Source: an uncultured Bdellovibrionales bacterium (GTDB taxonomy: Bacteria > Patescibacteriota > Minisyncoccia > Moranbacterales > UBA1568). Taken from it: a DNA stretch of 64,000 bases. This document shows positions 56,761-64,000 of the stretch, one piece after another. The position numbers and the translations under genes are program-made. Within the stretch, counting starts at the first letter, position 1; the number at the start of each line of letters is the position of its first letter. Under the pieces are notes generated by a model, which had not been told where the DNA came from, did no database searches, and was given only the letters and a program-made list of their open reading frames with translations. The DNA lies in assembly GCA_964580285.1 (NCBI GenBank), contig CAZOKB010000001.1, positions 9,366 to 73,365 of the forward strand, read 5' to 3'.

Positions 56761-58563
56761 ATGTTTGCAAAGAATCCATTAGTCAATCTCATACGAACGA
56801 TGTGGAGGTATTCAGAGGGCAACCGAAAAAGAGTGGTTGTTTTTGTATTGCTGTTTGTTGTGGCGCAAATTGTGTATCTGGCAGAGCCGGCTATCATCGC
56901 GAGAATTTTCACGGCAGTGCAGTCGGGGACAAGCGGAGCGGAGCTTTTTCATATCATCACTACGAGCTTTAGTCTTATTCTCGTTGTCATTGCTATCTTT
57001 TGGATGCTCCATGGTACTGCAAGAATCATGGAGCAGGAGAATGCTTTCATGGCGCGGAAACGATATCGAGAAGAAATGCTCCGAAAAACTCTGGATCTTC
57101 CGGTCTCCTGGCATGCAGCGCATCATTCTGGAGATACCATAGATAAGATCAATAAAGGTGCTACGAGTGTATTTGATTTTTCGAGTGAGATATACTTGAT
57201 GGTTCAAATGGTAGTTCGGTTAACCGGATCGCTGGCTATTCTTGCTTATTTTGATTGGTTGACGGCTCTTGTAGCTGGATCGGTGAGTGTGTTGGCTTTT
57301 CTGTTGCTTACGAAGTTTGATGTACAACTAAAGAAAACATACGACGGAGTTTTTAAGTGGGAGAATCGCTTGGCAGCCACAGTCCATGATTATGTGAGCA
57401 ATGTCTTTACCGTGATTACTTTGCGTTTAAAGCTGGTCGTCTTAAAGAGAATTGAAGAGCAATCCTGGAAAGGACTCCCGCTCTTTATAAAAAATGCGAA
57501 GCTGAATGAAGTGAAGTGGGCAACGACTGACTTTCTAGTTATGGGCATGGTGGCCGGCGTGCTGGTTTTGTATTCCTATCGTTCTTACGTTACGTCGGGT
57601 TCGATAGCGATTGGTATCTTGTATGCTCTCTATCAATATCTTCAGAATGTCGGTAATACGTTTTATAATTTTGCGTGGCAATATGGGCAACTCCTGAAGA
57701 AGGATGCTGCTGTGCGTAATGCAAATATTCTTGAGCAGGAGTATGCAAAAATGAATATTCCTCTACCTGTCTACTTGCCGGCGGATTGGAAGACTCTCCA
57801 GATCAAGGATCTGATGTTTGCATACCCTTCAGGGAAAAACGATCAGAAGGAAGGCAAGAAAAGCCATGTGGATGGAATTTCACTCACGTTGGATCGCGGA
57901 AAAAAGATTGCGTTGATTGGTGAAAGCGGGTCAGGAAAGAGCACGGTGCTTGCCTTGCTGCGCGGACTCTATTTGTCTGATACTGTGACAGTGTTTTGTG
58001 ATGGCCGTAAGTTGCACAAAGGGTTGGCACACTTATATGAGCACGCCACGCTTATTCCGCAGGATCCGGAAATATTCAATGCGACTGCCAAGGAAAATAT
58101 AGTGATGGGTACATCTGGGTTGGAAGAGCGTGTGAAGAAAGCACTACATATTTCCCGGTTTTCTTCCGTGGTTTCTCGGTTACCCCATGGATTGACCACG
58201 AATGTTATGGAAAAAGGCGTGTCGCTTTCGGGAGGAGAAAAGCAGCGATTGGCTTTGGCGCGAGGAATCTTGGCGGCTCGTGACAGCGATATTCTTCTGT
58301 TGGATGAACCAACCTCAAGCGTTGATAGCGTGAACGAGAGAGAGATTTATGAAGGTATTTTTCAGGAATTTGAAGGGAAAACAATTATTTCTACGATTCA
58401 CCGGCTACACCTGCTCCGTTCTTTCGATTATATTTATTTTTTCCAAGAGGGAAACATTAGAGCGGAAGGAAATTTCCATACGTTACTTGAAGAACCTCTT
58501 TTCCGAGTATTATGGGAAAATTATATTCGCGAGACCGAAAAACAGAAGAAAACGTCAGAATGA
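56761..58563 (+). CDS. ABC transporter, fused permease/ATP-binding exporter (MsbA-like)
   Basis: Six N-terminal TM helices are followed by an NBD. The NBD carries a Walker A motif (GESGSGKST), the signature LSGGEKQR and a Walker B motif (LLLDEPTS). Confidence 0.85.
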   Translation: MFAKNPLVNLIRTMWRYSEGNRKRVVVFVLLFVVAQIVYLAEPAIIARIFTAVQSGTSGAELFHIITTSFSLILVVIAIFWMLHGTARIMEQENAFMARKRYREEMLRKTLDLPVSWHAAHHSGDTIDKINKGATSVFDFSSEIYLMVQMVVRLTGSLAILAYFDWLTALVAGSVSVLAFLLLTKFDVQLKKTYDGVFKWENRLAATVHDYVSNVFTVITLRLKLVVLKRIEEQSWKGLPLFIKNAKLNEVKWATTDFLVMGMVAGVLVLYSYRSYVTSGSIAIGILYALYQYLQNVGNTFYNFAWQYGQLLKKDAAVRNANILEQEYAKMNIPLPVYLPADWKTLQIKDLMFAYPSGKNDQKEGKKSHVDGISLTLDRGKKIALIGESGSGKSTVLALLRGLYLSDTVTVFCDGRKLHKGLAHLYEHATLIPQDPEIFNATAKENIVMGTSGLEERVKKALHISRFSSVVSRLPHGLTTNVMEKGVSLSGGEKQRLALARGILAARDSDILLLDEPTSSVDSVNEREIYEGIFQEFEGKTIISTIHRLHLLRSFDYIYFFQEGNIRAEGNFHTLLEEPLFRVLWENYIRETEKQKKTSE

Positions 58564-58680
58564 GGGTGCTTTTAAGATACTTTCGAATGCATTGAATCAC
58601 ATGGGTAGTCTAAAGCTCGTTTTGAGCTTCTTCTTTGAAAAATGCAAGAAGGGCAGTATACTAAAGAGGTAATTATTGTC

Positions 58681-59004
58681 ATGGAAGCTATGGCCATGGA
58701 ATTAACCGAACTGAATTTTGAAGCAGAAGTGTTAAAGAGTGATAAGCCGGTATTGGTGGATTTTTGGGCGCCGTGGTGCGGACCGTGCCAAATGATGGGA
58801 CCAGTGATTGATGAGATCGCTGTCGAGACGTCCGTAGCTAAGGTGGGTAAGCTCAATGTGGATGAGCATCCAGCCATCGCTCAAAAGTACGGCATTATGT
58901 CTATTCCAGCGTTGAAGATTTTTAAGGGAGGGCAGGTGGCTAAGGAATTTGTCGGTGTACAACCAAAAGAGAAGTTGAAAACCGAATTAGAGGGTTTGGT
59001 CTAA
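58681..59004 (+). CDS. trxA: Thioredoxin
   Basis: The motif WAPWCGPC is present. Confidence 0.85.
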   Translation: MEAMAMELTELNFEAEVLKSDKPVLVDFWAPWCGPCQMMGPVIDEIAVETSVAKVGKLNVDEHPAIAQKYGIMSIPALKIFKGGQVAKEFVGVQPKEKLKTELEGLV

Positions 59005-59040
59005 AAAAAAGGGGCGGAGGAAAGCCATCATAAAATCAAT

Positions 59041-59481
59041 ATGAAAATTCATAGGGAGCGTATCGATCTTGAGAGCAAGACGCAGATTCAGTTTATGGAC
59101 ATCACACATCAGGTCCAGGAAATTGTGGATCGCTCGGGAGTGCGTGAGGGACAGGTGCTTATCTATGTCCCGCATACCACGATGGGAGTGGCTATTAACC
59201 ATAATGAATCCATGCTCCTGCAGGATTTTATGCGGGTGCTGTATAAGATTGTGCCAGTGGATGATCAGTATTCTCATGATTTATTTGAGCTGAAGCGAGA
59301 CAATACTTCAGATGGTCGGAGCAATGGTCATTCTCACTGCAAAGCCATCCTGCTTGGGAATAGCGAGGTTATTCCGATTGAAAAAGGACAAGTGTTATTA
59401 ACGGAACGACAAAATATTTTCGCCGTGGAGTTTGATGGTTCACGGAAGCGTGACGTCTATGTCCAGGTGATCGGCATGTAA
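59041..59481 (+). CDS. YjbQ/UPF0047-family protein (secondary thiamine-phosphate synthase-like)
   Basis: The motif HTTMGVAINHNE and the YjbQ-family length are consistent. Confidence 0.75.
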   Translation: MKIHRERIDLESKTQIQFMDITHQVQEIVDRSGVREGQVLIYVPHTTMGVAINHNESMLLQDFMRVLYKIVPVDDQYSHDLFELKRDNTSDGRSNGHSHCKAILLGNSEVIPIEKGQVLLTERQNIFAVEFDGSRKRDVYVQVIGM

Positions 59482-59519
59482 CACGGTTTCGTTATGACCC
59501 AATCGTATAATCGGATAGT

Positions 59520-60143
59520 ATGACTCCTCTGGTTGAGACACTAAAACAAAATGGTTACTTGCGTTCTGATATTTTGGTAGATGCCTTTGAGGCGGTATCG
59601 CGAGCAGATTTTTTGCCTCCAGAATTTGAAGATGAGGCTGATGCGGATATTCCTCTGCCGATCGGACATGGCCAAATGGGTCCGCAGCCGAGTACAGTAG
59701 CGGTCATGTTAGAGCTGTTGGAGCCGAAACCGGGGCAACGCATCCTGGCTATTGGGAGTGGGTCTGGCTGGGTAGCGGGGCTCTTGGCGTATGTGGTAGG
59801 AGATGAGGGAAGGGTAGTGGCTTTTGAGGGGTTAAGCGAGCTGCACGAGAGCTGTCAACAAAATCTTGAGAAATTTGATTTCATTAAAAGTGGTCGGGTA
59901 GAGTGTGTGCTGGGAGAGGGTAGGGAGGGCTACCCGGAAGGAGCCCCTTTTGATCGCATTCTTGTGACGGCGTCGGCAGAAGAAATCCCACCATCCTTCC
60001 AGAGTCAATTAGGGCTTTCCGGGAAAATGGTATTACCGATTCGGAATCATCTTTGTTATTTCGAAAAACGCAGCGAAGAAGAATTGTACAAAGAAGAATT
60101 TCCGGGTTTTGTCTTTATCCCGTTGATTCTCAAATCTTTCTAG
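59520..60143 (+). CDS. pcm: Protein-L-isoaspartate O-methyltransferase
   Basis: The SAM motif ILAIGSGSGW and PCMT pre- and post-motifs are present. Confidence 0.8.
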   Translation: MTPLVETLKQNGYLRSDILVDAFEAVSRADFLPPEFEDEADADIPLPIGHGQMGPQPSTVAVMLELLEPKPGQRILAIGSGSGWVAGLLAYVVGDEGRVVAFEGLSELHESCQQNLEKFDFIKSGRVECVLGEGREGYPEGAPFDRILVTASAEEIPPSFQSQLGLSGKMVLPIRNHLCYFEKRSEEELYKEEFPGFVFIPLILKSF

Positions 60144-60146
60144 TTT

Positions 60147-61151
60147 ATGAGAAAAATCCTACTAGCTCTTTTTTTTGTGTTGACGGTAGCGGCGGTAGGG
60201 GTGCTTGCCATGCTTGAAAATTGGTCGCATCAGTTTGGTCGGCAAACAGCCGAGCAGATTTTTCAGCTCAGGCGAGGAGAAAATGCGTTTGTAGTGGCAA
60301 CGCATCTGGAAGAACAGGATATAGTGCGAAACCGTTTTGGTTTTCTGTATGCTCTCGCGCGGCAGAAAAAATTGAACAGTCTGGTGGCTGGAGACTATCG
60401 TCTTTCGGGAAATCTTTCTGCTCAGGACATCGCGGTACGTCTTTCGATGGGACAGGTGATTTCTCCGGATATCCAAGTGACCTTTCCTGAGGGATTTACA
60501 GTAGCGCAGATCGCATCACGGCTGACGGACTCTGGATTACCTGGCGAAGCGGTTTTGAAGATCGCTTTGTCCCCTGATGAGGCCCTCAAGAAAGAGTTCC
60601 CGTTCCTTGCTGCGTTGCCACCACAAGCCACTCTCGAAGGGTTTCTTTTTCCGGATACCTATCGCTTTGATCGGCGGGCTGATGCAATGAGTATCGTGAA
60701 TACCTTTTTGGCAACCTTTGAAAAAAAGGCCTGGCCACTGCTTCGACAGCAAACAGGTATGCAGGTATACCGTACTGTGATTCTGGCCAGTATTGTTGAA
60801 ACCGAAGTGCAGAGTGATCGGGATCGGGCATTGGTAGCGGATTTATTTTTGCGTCGCCTCGCCCTCGATCATCCTTTGCAGAGTGATGCTACGGTGAAGT
60901 ATGTGCTTGGGAGCAGCAAAATACAGCATTCCTTTGAAGAAACCCGCACTGATTCGCCTTACAATACATATACGCACAAGGGGTTGCCCCCCGGACCGAT
61001 TGCGAATCCGGGCCTCTCTTCCCTGCGAGCTGTGTTGACTCCTGAAAAAAATTCCTCTTTTTATTTCTTGAGCGATCCCAAAACAGGGGAAACCATCTTT
61101 GCGACTACTTTTGAAGAGCATGTTCGCAATAAGGCAGCTCACGGGCTCTAG
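60147..61151 (+). CDS. mltG: Endolytic murein transglycosylase MltG (YceG family)
   Basis: An N-terminal TM helix is present. The YceG motifs LQSDATVKYVLG and YNTYTHKGLPPGPI are present. Confidence 0.85.
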   Translation: MRKILLALFFVLTVAAVGVLAMLENWSHQFGRQTAEQIFQLRRGENAFVVATHLEEQDIVRNRFGFLYALARQKKLNSLVAGDYRLSGNLSAQDIAVRLSMGQVISPDIQVTFPEGFTVAQIASRLTDSGLPGEAVLKIALSPDEALKKEFPFLAALPPQATLEGFLFPDTYRFDRRADAMSIVNTFLATFEKKAWPLLRQQTGMQVYRTVILASIVETEVQSDRDRALVADLFLRRLALDHPLQSDATVKYVLGSSKIQHSFEETRTDSPYNTYTHKGLPPGPIANPGLSSLRAVLTPEKNSSFYFLSDPKTGETIFATTFEEHVRNKAAHGL

Positions 61152-61154
61152 TGC

Positions 61155-62234
61155 TTGTTTTTAATGATCATTTTTTGTATGCACCCATTGACTGCACGTC
61201 AGAAACTCGTGGTTGCGCATGTGATACTCTCTGTAGTGGTATCCGTCGTGTTTTGGCTCTTTTTACATACCGCTATTGATCACCCGGGCGGGAGGGAAAT
61301 AGGGGTAGCGGTGCTAGCAGCCTCAGGGCTATTTGCTTGGATGCTGGTGGGGTTTTTGCTTTGGAAAGAACCCTTGGCTTTGTGGATTGGTTTACTGAGT
61401 ATAGTGATGCCGCTTTTTTTCTGGGGAAGGGATGGGCGTCTCGTTGTGGGTGTGGCCTTGGTGCTCTTTCTGTTATGGATAAGCGCGCGGAGCATACAAC
61501 ATGAACTGCAAGAGCGCTTGATCTTTTCTTCTGCCCGAGCCTTTGTTGTAGCTAAGCAGTCGAGTGTTTTGGGATTTTCTCTGCTTCTTTCTTTGGGGTA
61601 TTTCGTTTCAATCCAAATGCTTTCGTGGGATGACTTGACCCCGCGCTTTCGTTTAGGGGCAGGGACTATTGAACAGATACTGACATGGGTGAGTCGGCTT
61701 GACCCTGCCCTCGCTTCTTTAGGGAAAAACCACCAGACAGTTGATGAGTATCTGCGTTCTTTTGGAGCGGCGTCTTCTCTCGAAACAGGGAATGAAACCC
61801 AGCAGTTCGAAGCATTGAATGATCAAATTGGTCGGTTGCAAGCACAGGGTATCACCGTTGCCTTCTCAGGGGATGCCTTAGCATCAGTACGGAACGCCGC
61901 TGAAAGCAATGCGCTTACTTCAGGACGGAGACAGTTAGGGGAGCTCGCCGGAAGAACAGTAGAGGGGAATGAATCGGTTTCCGCATTGTTCTCTGAGGTG
62001 GTGCAAAAAAAACTCTTTACCATTGTTGAGGGGAGCCGATTGCGGGAACGCATTCCTGATCGGGTACTTCCGGCCTTCATCGCATTGCTTTTTTTCTTAA
62101 CCATTTGGCCAGTAGGACTGATGCTCTTTTCTGTGTGGAGTCGTATGGCGACGGTAGTGATAGCTCTGTTTCGGAAGGTACGTTGGATAGAAATCGGGAA
62201 ACACCCCGTAGTGCAGGAGCGTTTGGAGGAATAA
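61155..62234 (+). CDS. Hypothetical polytopic membrane protein
   Basis: Four N-terminal TM helices and one C-terminal TM helix flank a central soluble region. Confidence 0.4.
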   Translation: MFLMIIFCMHPLTARQKLVVAHVILSVVVSVVFWLFLHTAIDHPGGREIGVAVLAASGLFAWMLVGFLLWKEPLALWIGLLSIVMPLFFWGRDGRLVVGVALVLFLLWISARSIQHELQERLIFSSARAFVVAKQSSVLGFSLLLSLGYFVSIQMLSWDDLTPRFRLGAGTIEQILTWVSRLDPALASLGKNHQTVDEYLRSFGAASSLETGNETQQFEALNDQIGRLQAQGITVAFSGDALASVRNAAESNALTSGRRQLGELAGRTVEGNESVSALFSEVVQKKLFTIVEGSRLRERIPDRVLPAFIALLFFLTIWPVGLMLFSVWSRMATVVIALFRKVRWIEIGKHPVVQERLEE

Positions 62235-62246
62235 TGCTGTTCATGT

Positions 62247-62273
62247 TTAGCACTCAGTATAAGAGATTGCTAA
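62247..62273 (+). promoter_or_regulatory. CIRCE-like inverted repeat (HrcA operator-like) upstream of dnaJ
   Basis: TTAGCACTC-N9-GATTGCTAA is compared with the consensus TTAGCACTC-N9-GAGTGCTAA. The left arm is perfect and the right arm has 2 mismatches. Confidence 0.5.
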
Positions 62274-62325
62274 TTTTTTGTTTTTCCGGTATCCTGAGAG
62301 CTACAGTGAATTGAAAATGAGATGT

Positions 62326-63414
62326 ATGGCAAAAAATTACTATGACCTTTTAGGGGTATCCAAAGGAGCTTCTCAGGACGAAATTAAAAAAGCGTTCCGG
62401 AAGCTGGCACACCAGCATCACCCAGATAAGTCAGGGGGGGATGAGGAAAAATTCAAAGAAATTAATGAAGCCTATAGCGTGCTTTCTGATCCAGAAAAGC
62501 GTGCCCAGTATGATCAGTTTGGGCGGACAGCGAACGGTTCGGGGGGATTCTCCGCCCAGGGCGGACCAGCCTCGGGCTGGGACTTTAGTCAGTTCGGGGG
62601 TGCCAACGGAAACTTCCACTTTGACTTCGGGAACGGAGGAGGATTTGAAGATATCTTTTCGGATATTTTTGGTGGGGCAAGACAAGGGGCACGAGCACGA
62701 GCGGGAGCAGATATCCAGGTCGATGTTGAAATTTTTTTTGAGGACATGGTGAAGGGTGTGCACAAGGAAGTGTCGCTCAGGAAGCTCGCAGCCTGCGAGC
62801 ATTGCCGGAGCACTGGAGGAGAGCCTGGATCGAAAGAGGAATCTTGCAAGGCCTGCGGTGGCCACGGGCAGGTCAAGAAACATGTGCGGAGCATATTTGG
62901 AGTGATGGAGCAGGCGGTGACATGTGATGTGTGTCATGGTAAGGGCAAGACCTACTCGCAGGCCTGCCATACGTGTCATGGTGCTGGACGGGTACAAAAA
63001 GAAGAAAAAGTGGGGATTGATATCCCAGCAGGTATTCAAGATGGACAAGGGCTTTCTCTACAGGGGCGAGGAGCCGCGGGTGAGCAGGGCGCGCCGGCGG
63101 GAGACCTCTTTGTGATGGTGCATGTGAAACCGCATGCCGAATGGATGCGGCGCGGTGATGATATTCACTCAACGAGAGATATTAGCTATGCGCAGGCAGC
63201 GCTGGGTGATAAGATCACGGTTACGACGGTCGATGGGCCAGTCACTATGAAGATTCCTGCCGGGACACAGCCAGGTGAAGTTTTCCGTATTCGCGGGAAA
63301 GGCGTGCCCCACCTTGGTCGCTATGGGCAAGGAGATCATCTCGTGACTATCAAGCTCGTTGTTCCCAAAAAGCTCTCTCGTGAAGAAAAAGAGCTGATTG
63401 AGAAGTTGAAATAG
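62326..63414 (+). CDS. dnaJ: Chaperone DnaJ
   Basis: The J-domain motif HPDK is present. A Gly- and Phe-rich region is present. Four CxxCxGxG zinc-finger repeats and the C-terminal domains are present. The start is at MAKNYYD. Confidence 0.9.
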   Translation: MAKNYYDLLGVSKGASQDEIKKAFRKLAHQHHPDKSGGDEEKFKEINEAYSVLSDPEKRAQYDQFGRTANGSGGFSAQGGPASGWDFSQFGGANGNFHFDFGNGGGFEDIFSDIFGGARQGARARAGADIQVDVEIFFEDMVKGVHKEVSLRKLAACEHCRSTGGEPGSKEESCKACGGHGQVKKHVRSIFGVMEQAVTCDVCHGKGKTYSQACHTCHGAGRVQKEEKVGIDIPAGIQDGQGLSLQGRGAAGEQGAPAGDLFVMVHVKPHAEWMRRGDDIHSTRDISYAQAALGDKITVTTVDGPVTMKIPAGTQPGEVFRIRGKGVPHLGRYGQGDHLVTIKLVVPKKLSREEKELIEKLK

Positions 63415-63507
63415 ATACCCTATCTCTCTTCAAAGGAAGGTTGAGCTTTTGAGTCTTGTTATATCAAACAGGTTCGAACTTCTTCCATCGCTCGGAGCAC
63501 ATGAAAA

Positions 63508-63534
63508 CAGGGCTTACTCAAGCCTTGTTTTTTG
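63508..63534 (+). terminator. Rho-independent terminator after dnaJ
   Basis: The sequence is CAGGGCTT-actc-AAGCCTTG followed by TTTTTTG. Confidence 0.65.
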
Positions 63535-63844
63535 TTGCCCTAAATGGGATTCGAACTTAAGTATGGACAAAGTTTGTTTTTCTGTTACATTAGAGTGTCT
63601 ACAAATCGTGGACTCACTGGAGAGCAAAATGCACATTGAAACACTGCAAAAAGCCACCAAGTTAGTTGAAGCTGATGGTTGCGCTGGTCTTCACTCCACA
63701 GCTCGCTTGGTGGGTATGCCAACAGCGCTGGCGCTGCTTATCACTCATCTGCGGCGTGGGTACGGATCAATGAACGGTTGGCCTGCTGACCCTGAGATCG
63801 ATGCCAAGGTTGTTCGGGACTTGCTTGCAGAAGAACCCTTTGTC

Positions 63845-64000
63845 ATGAGCTTCCTCTCTAAGCCGTGTGCGCTTTTCTACACGGGTGAGTGGTACTGCCT
63901 CGATAACTTCTCGGCTTTTACTGTCGAGTGGCGTGGCAAGCTCTGGCCGACAGCAGAACACGCCTATCAGGCGGCCAAGTTCGATGACGAAGAAATCGTT
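63845..64000 (+). CDS. NADAR-domain (YbiA-like) protein, 3'-truncated by the window edge
   Basis: The sequence FYTGEWYCLDNFSAFTVEWRGKLWPTAEHAYQAAKF matches the NADAR N-terminal motifs. The open frame begins at the ATG at 63629. The start is ambiguous between 63629, 63767 and 63845. Confidence 0.45.
   Translation, partial: MSFLSKPCALFYTGEWYCLDNFSAFTVEWRGKLWPTAEHAYQAAKFDDEEIV

Noticed and set aside
63465-63565. Two GGTTCGAAC / GGGATTCGAAC motifs resembling tRNA T-arms, which could indicate a tRNA or tmRNA 3' end on either strand.
   Set aside because: No complementary T-stem, acceptor stem or anticodon arm could be built around either motif. GTTCGAAC is itself palindromic. The region is better explained as the dnaJ terminator plus the 5' region of the downstream NADAR gene.
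63767-63961. 64-aa minus-strand ORF from the supplied track.
   Set aside because: It lies entirely inside a longer stop-free plus-strand frame with NADAR motifs, and it has no RBS.
1-64000. Scanned for CRISPR-like regularly spaced direct repeats and for transposase or integrase genes.
   Set aside because: None was found. The only dispersed repeats are the hairpin elements described above. The only tandem repeats are the ~95-bp array at 34575 and the coding repeats at 7430-7560.

Overview
This 64-kb window is gene-dense, about 50% GC, almost entirely coding on the + strand, and carries no rRNA, tRNA, CRISPR array or recognisable transposase. Most of the content is housekeeping. Unusually, it holds a complete nucleotide-excision-repair gene set within 15 kb, made up of uvrB, a uvrA, a short uvrC and a second uvrA paralog. 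An MGMT-domain-only protein and a YdjC/ChbG-family deacetylase-like protein sit inside this set. The window also holds a type IV pilus assembly operon with pilC, three prepilin-like proteins and pilM, pilN and a PilO-like gene. A partial dcw cell-division cluster is present: mraZ, rsmH, an ftsL-like gene, ftsI and murF. There is a cell-envelope sugar block with rmlC, rmlB, rmlD, rmlA, galU, a GT4 glycosyltransferase, a large membrane-anchored protein and murJ. Other recognisable genes are cspA, bcp, rlmN, a MiaB/RimO-like methylthiotransferase, xth, rarA, glyA, lepA, trxA, pcm, mltG and dnaJ. The gene style, with many short or overlapping genes, trimmed versions of UvrC, MiaB and RmlA, and T4P plus rml genes, suggests a small-genome bacterium that could be of the Patescibacteria/CPR type. 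That lineage call is inference only. The most unusual signal is a dispersed intergenic hairpin element of about 90 nt found in five copies. Each copy has a conserved core of about 27 nt. The flanking stems differ between copies but stay complementary through compensatory base changes, which is the signature of a structured RNA or REP-like element. Two inverted copies bracket a single gene for a zinc-ribbon membrane protein. Other non-coding signals are listed here. A CIRCE-like (HrcA-type) inverted repeat lies upstream of dnaJ. Direct GTGG(A/T)G repeats lie in the mraZ promoter region. An imperfect tandem repeat of about 95 bp follows bcp. A recurring TGnTATA(A/C/T)T extended -10 motif appears upstream of several operons. 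A promoter, two coupled small ORFs and a strong terminator form a unit in an otherwise empty 800-bp gap. A 10-bp inverted repeat pair lies upstream of an ABC exporter. Where a better-supported internal start codon exists, CDS coordinates have been trimmed from the supplied ORF track and the evidence says so.
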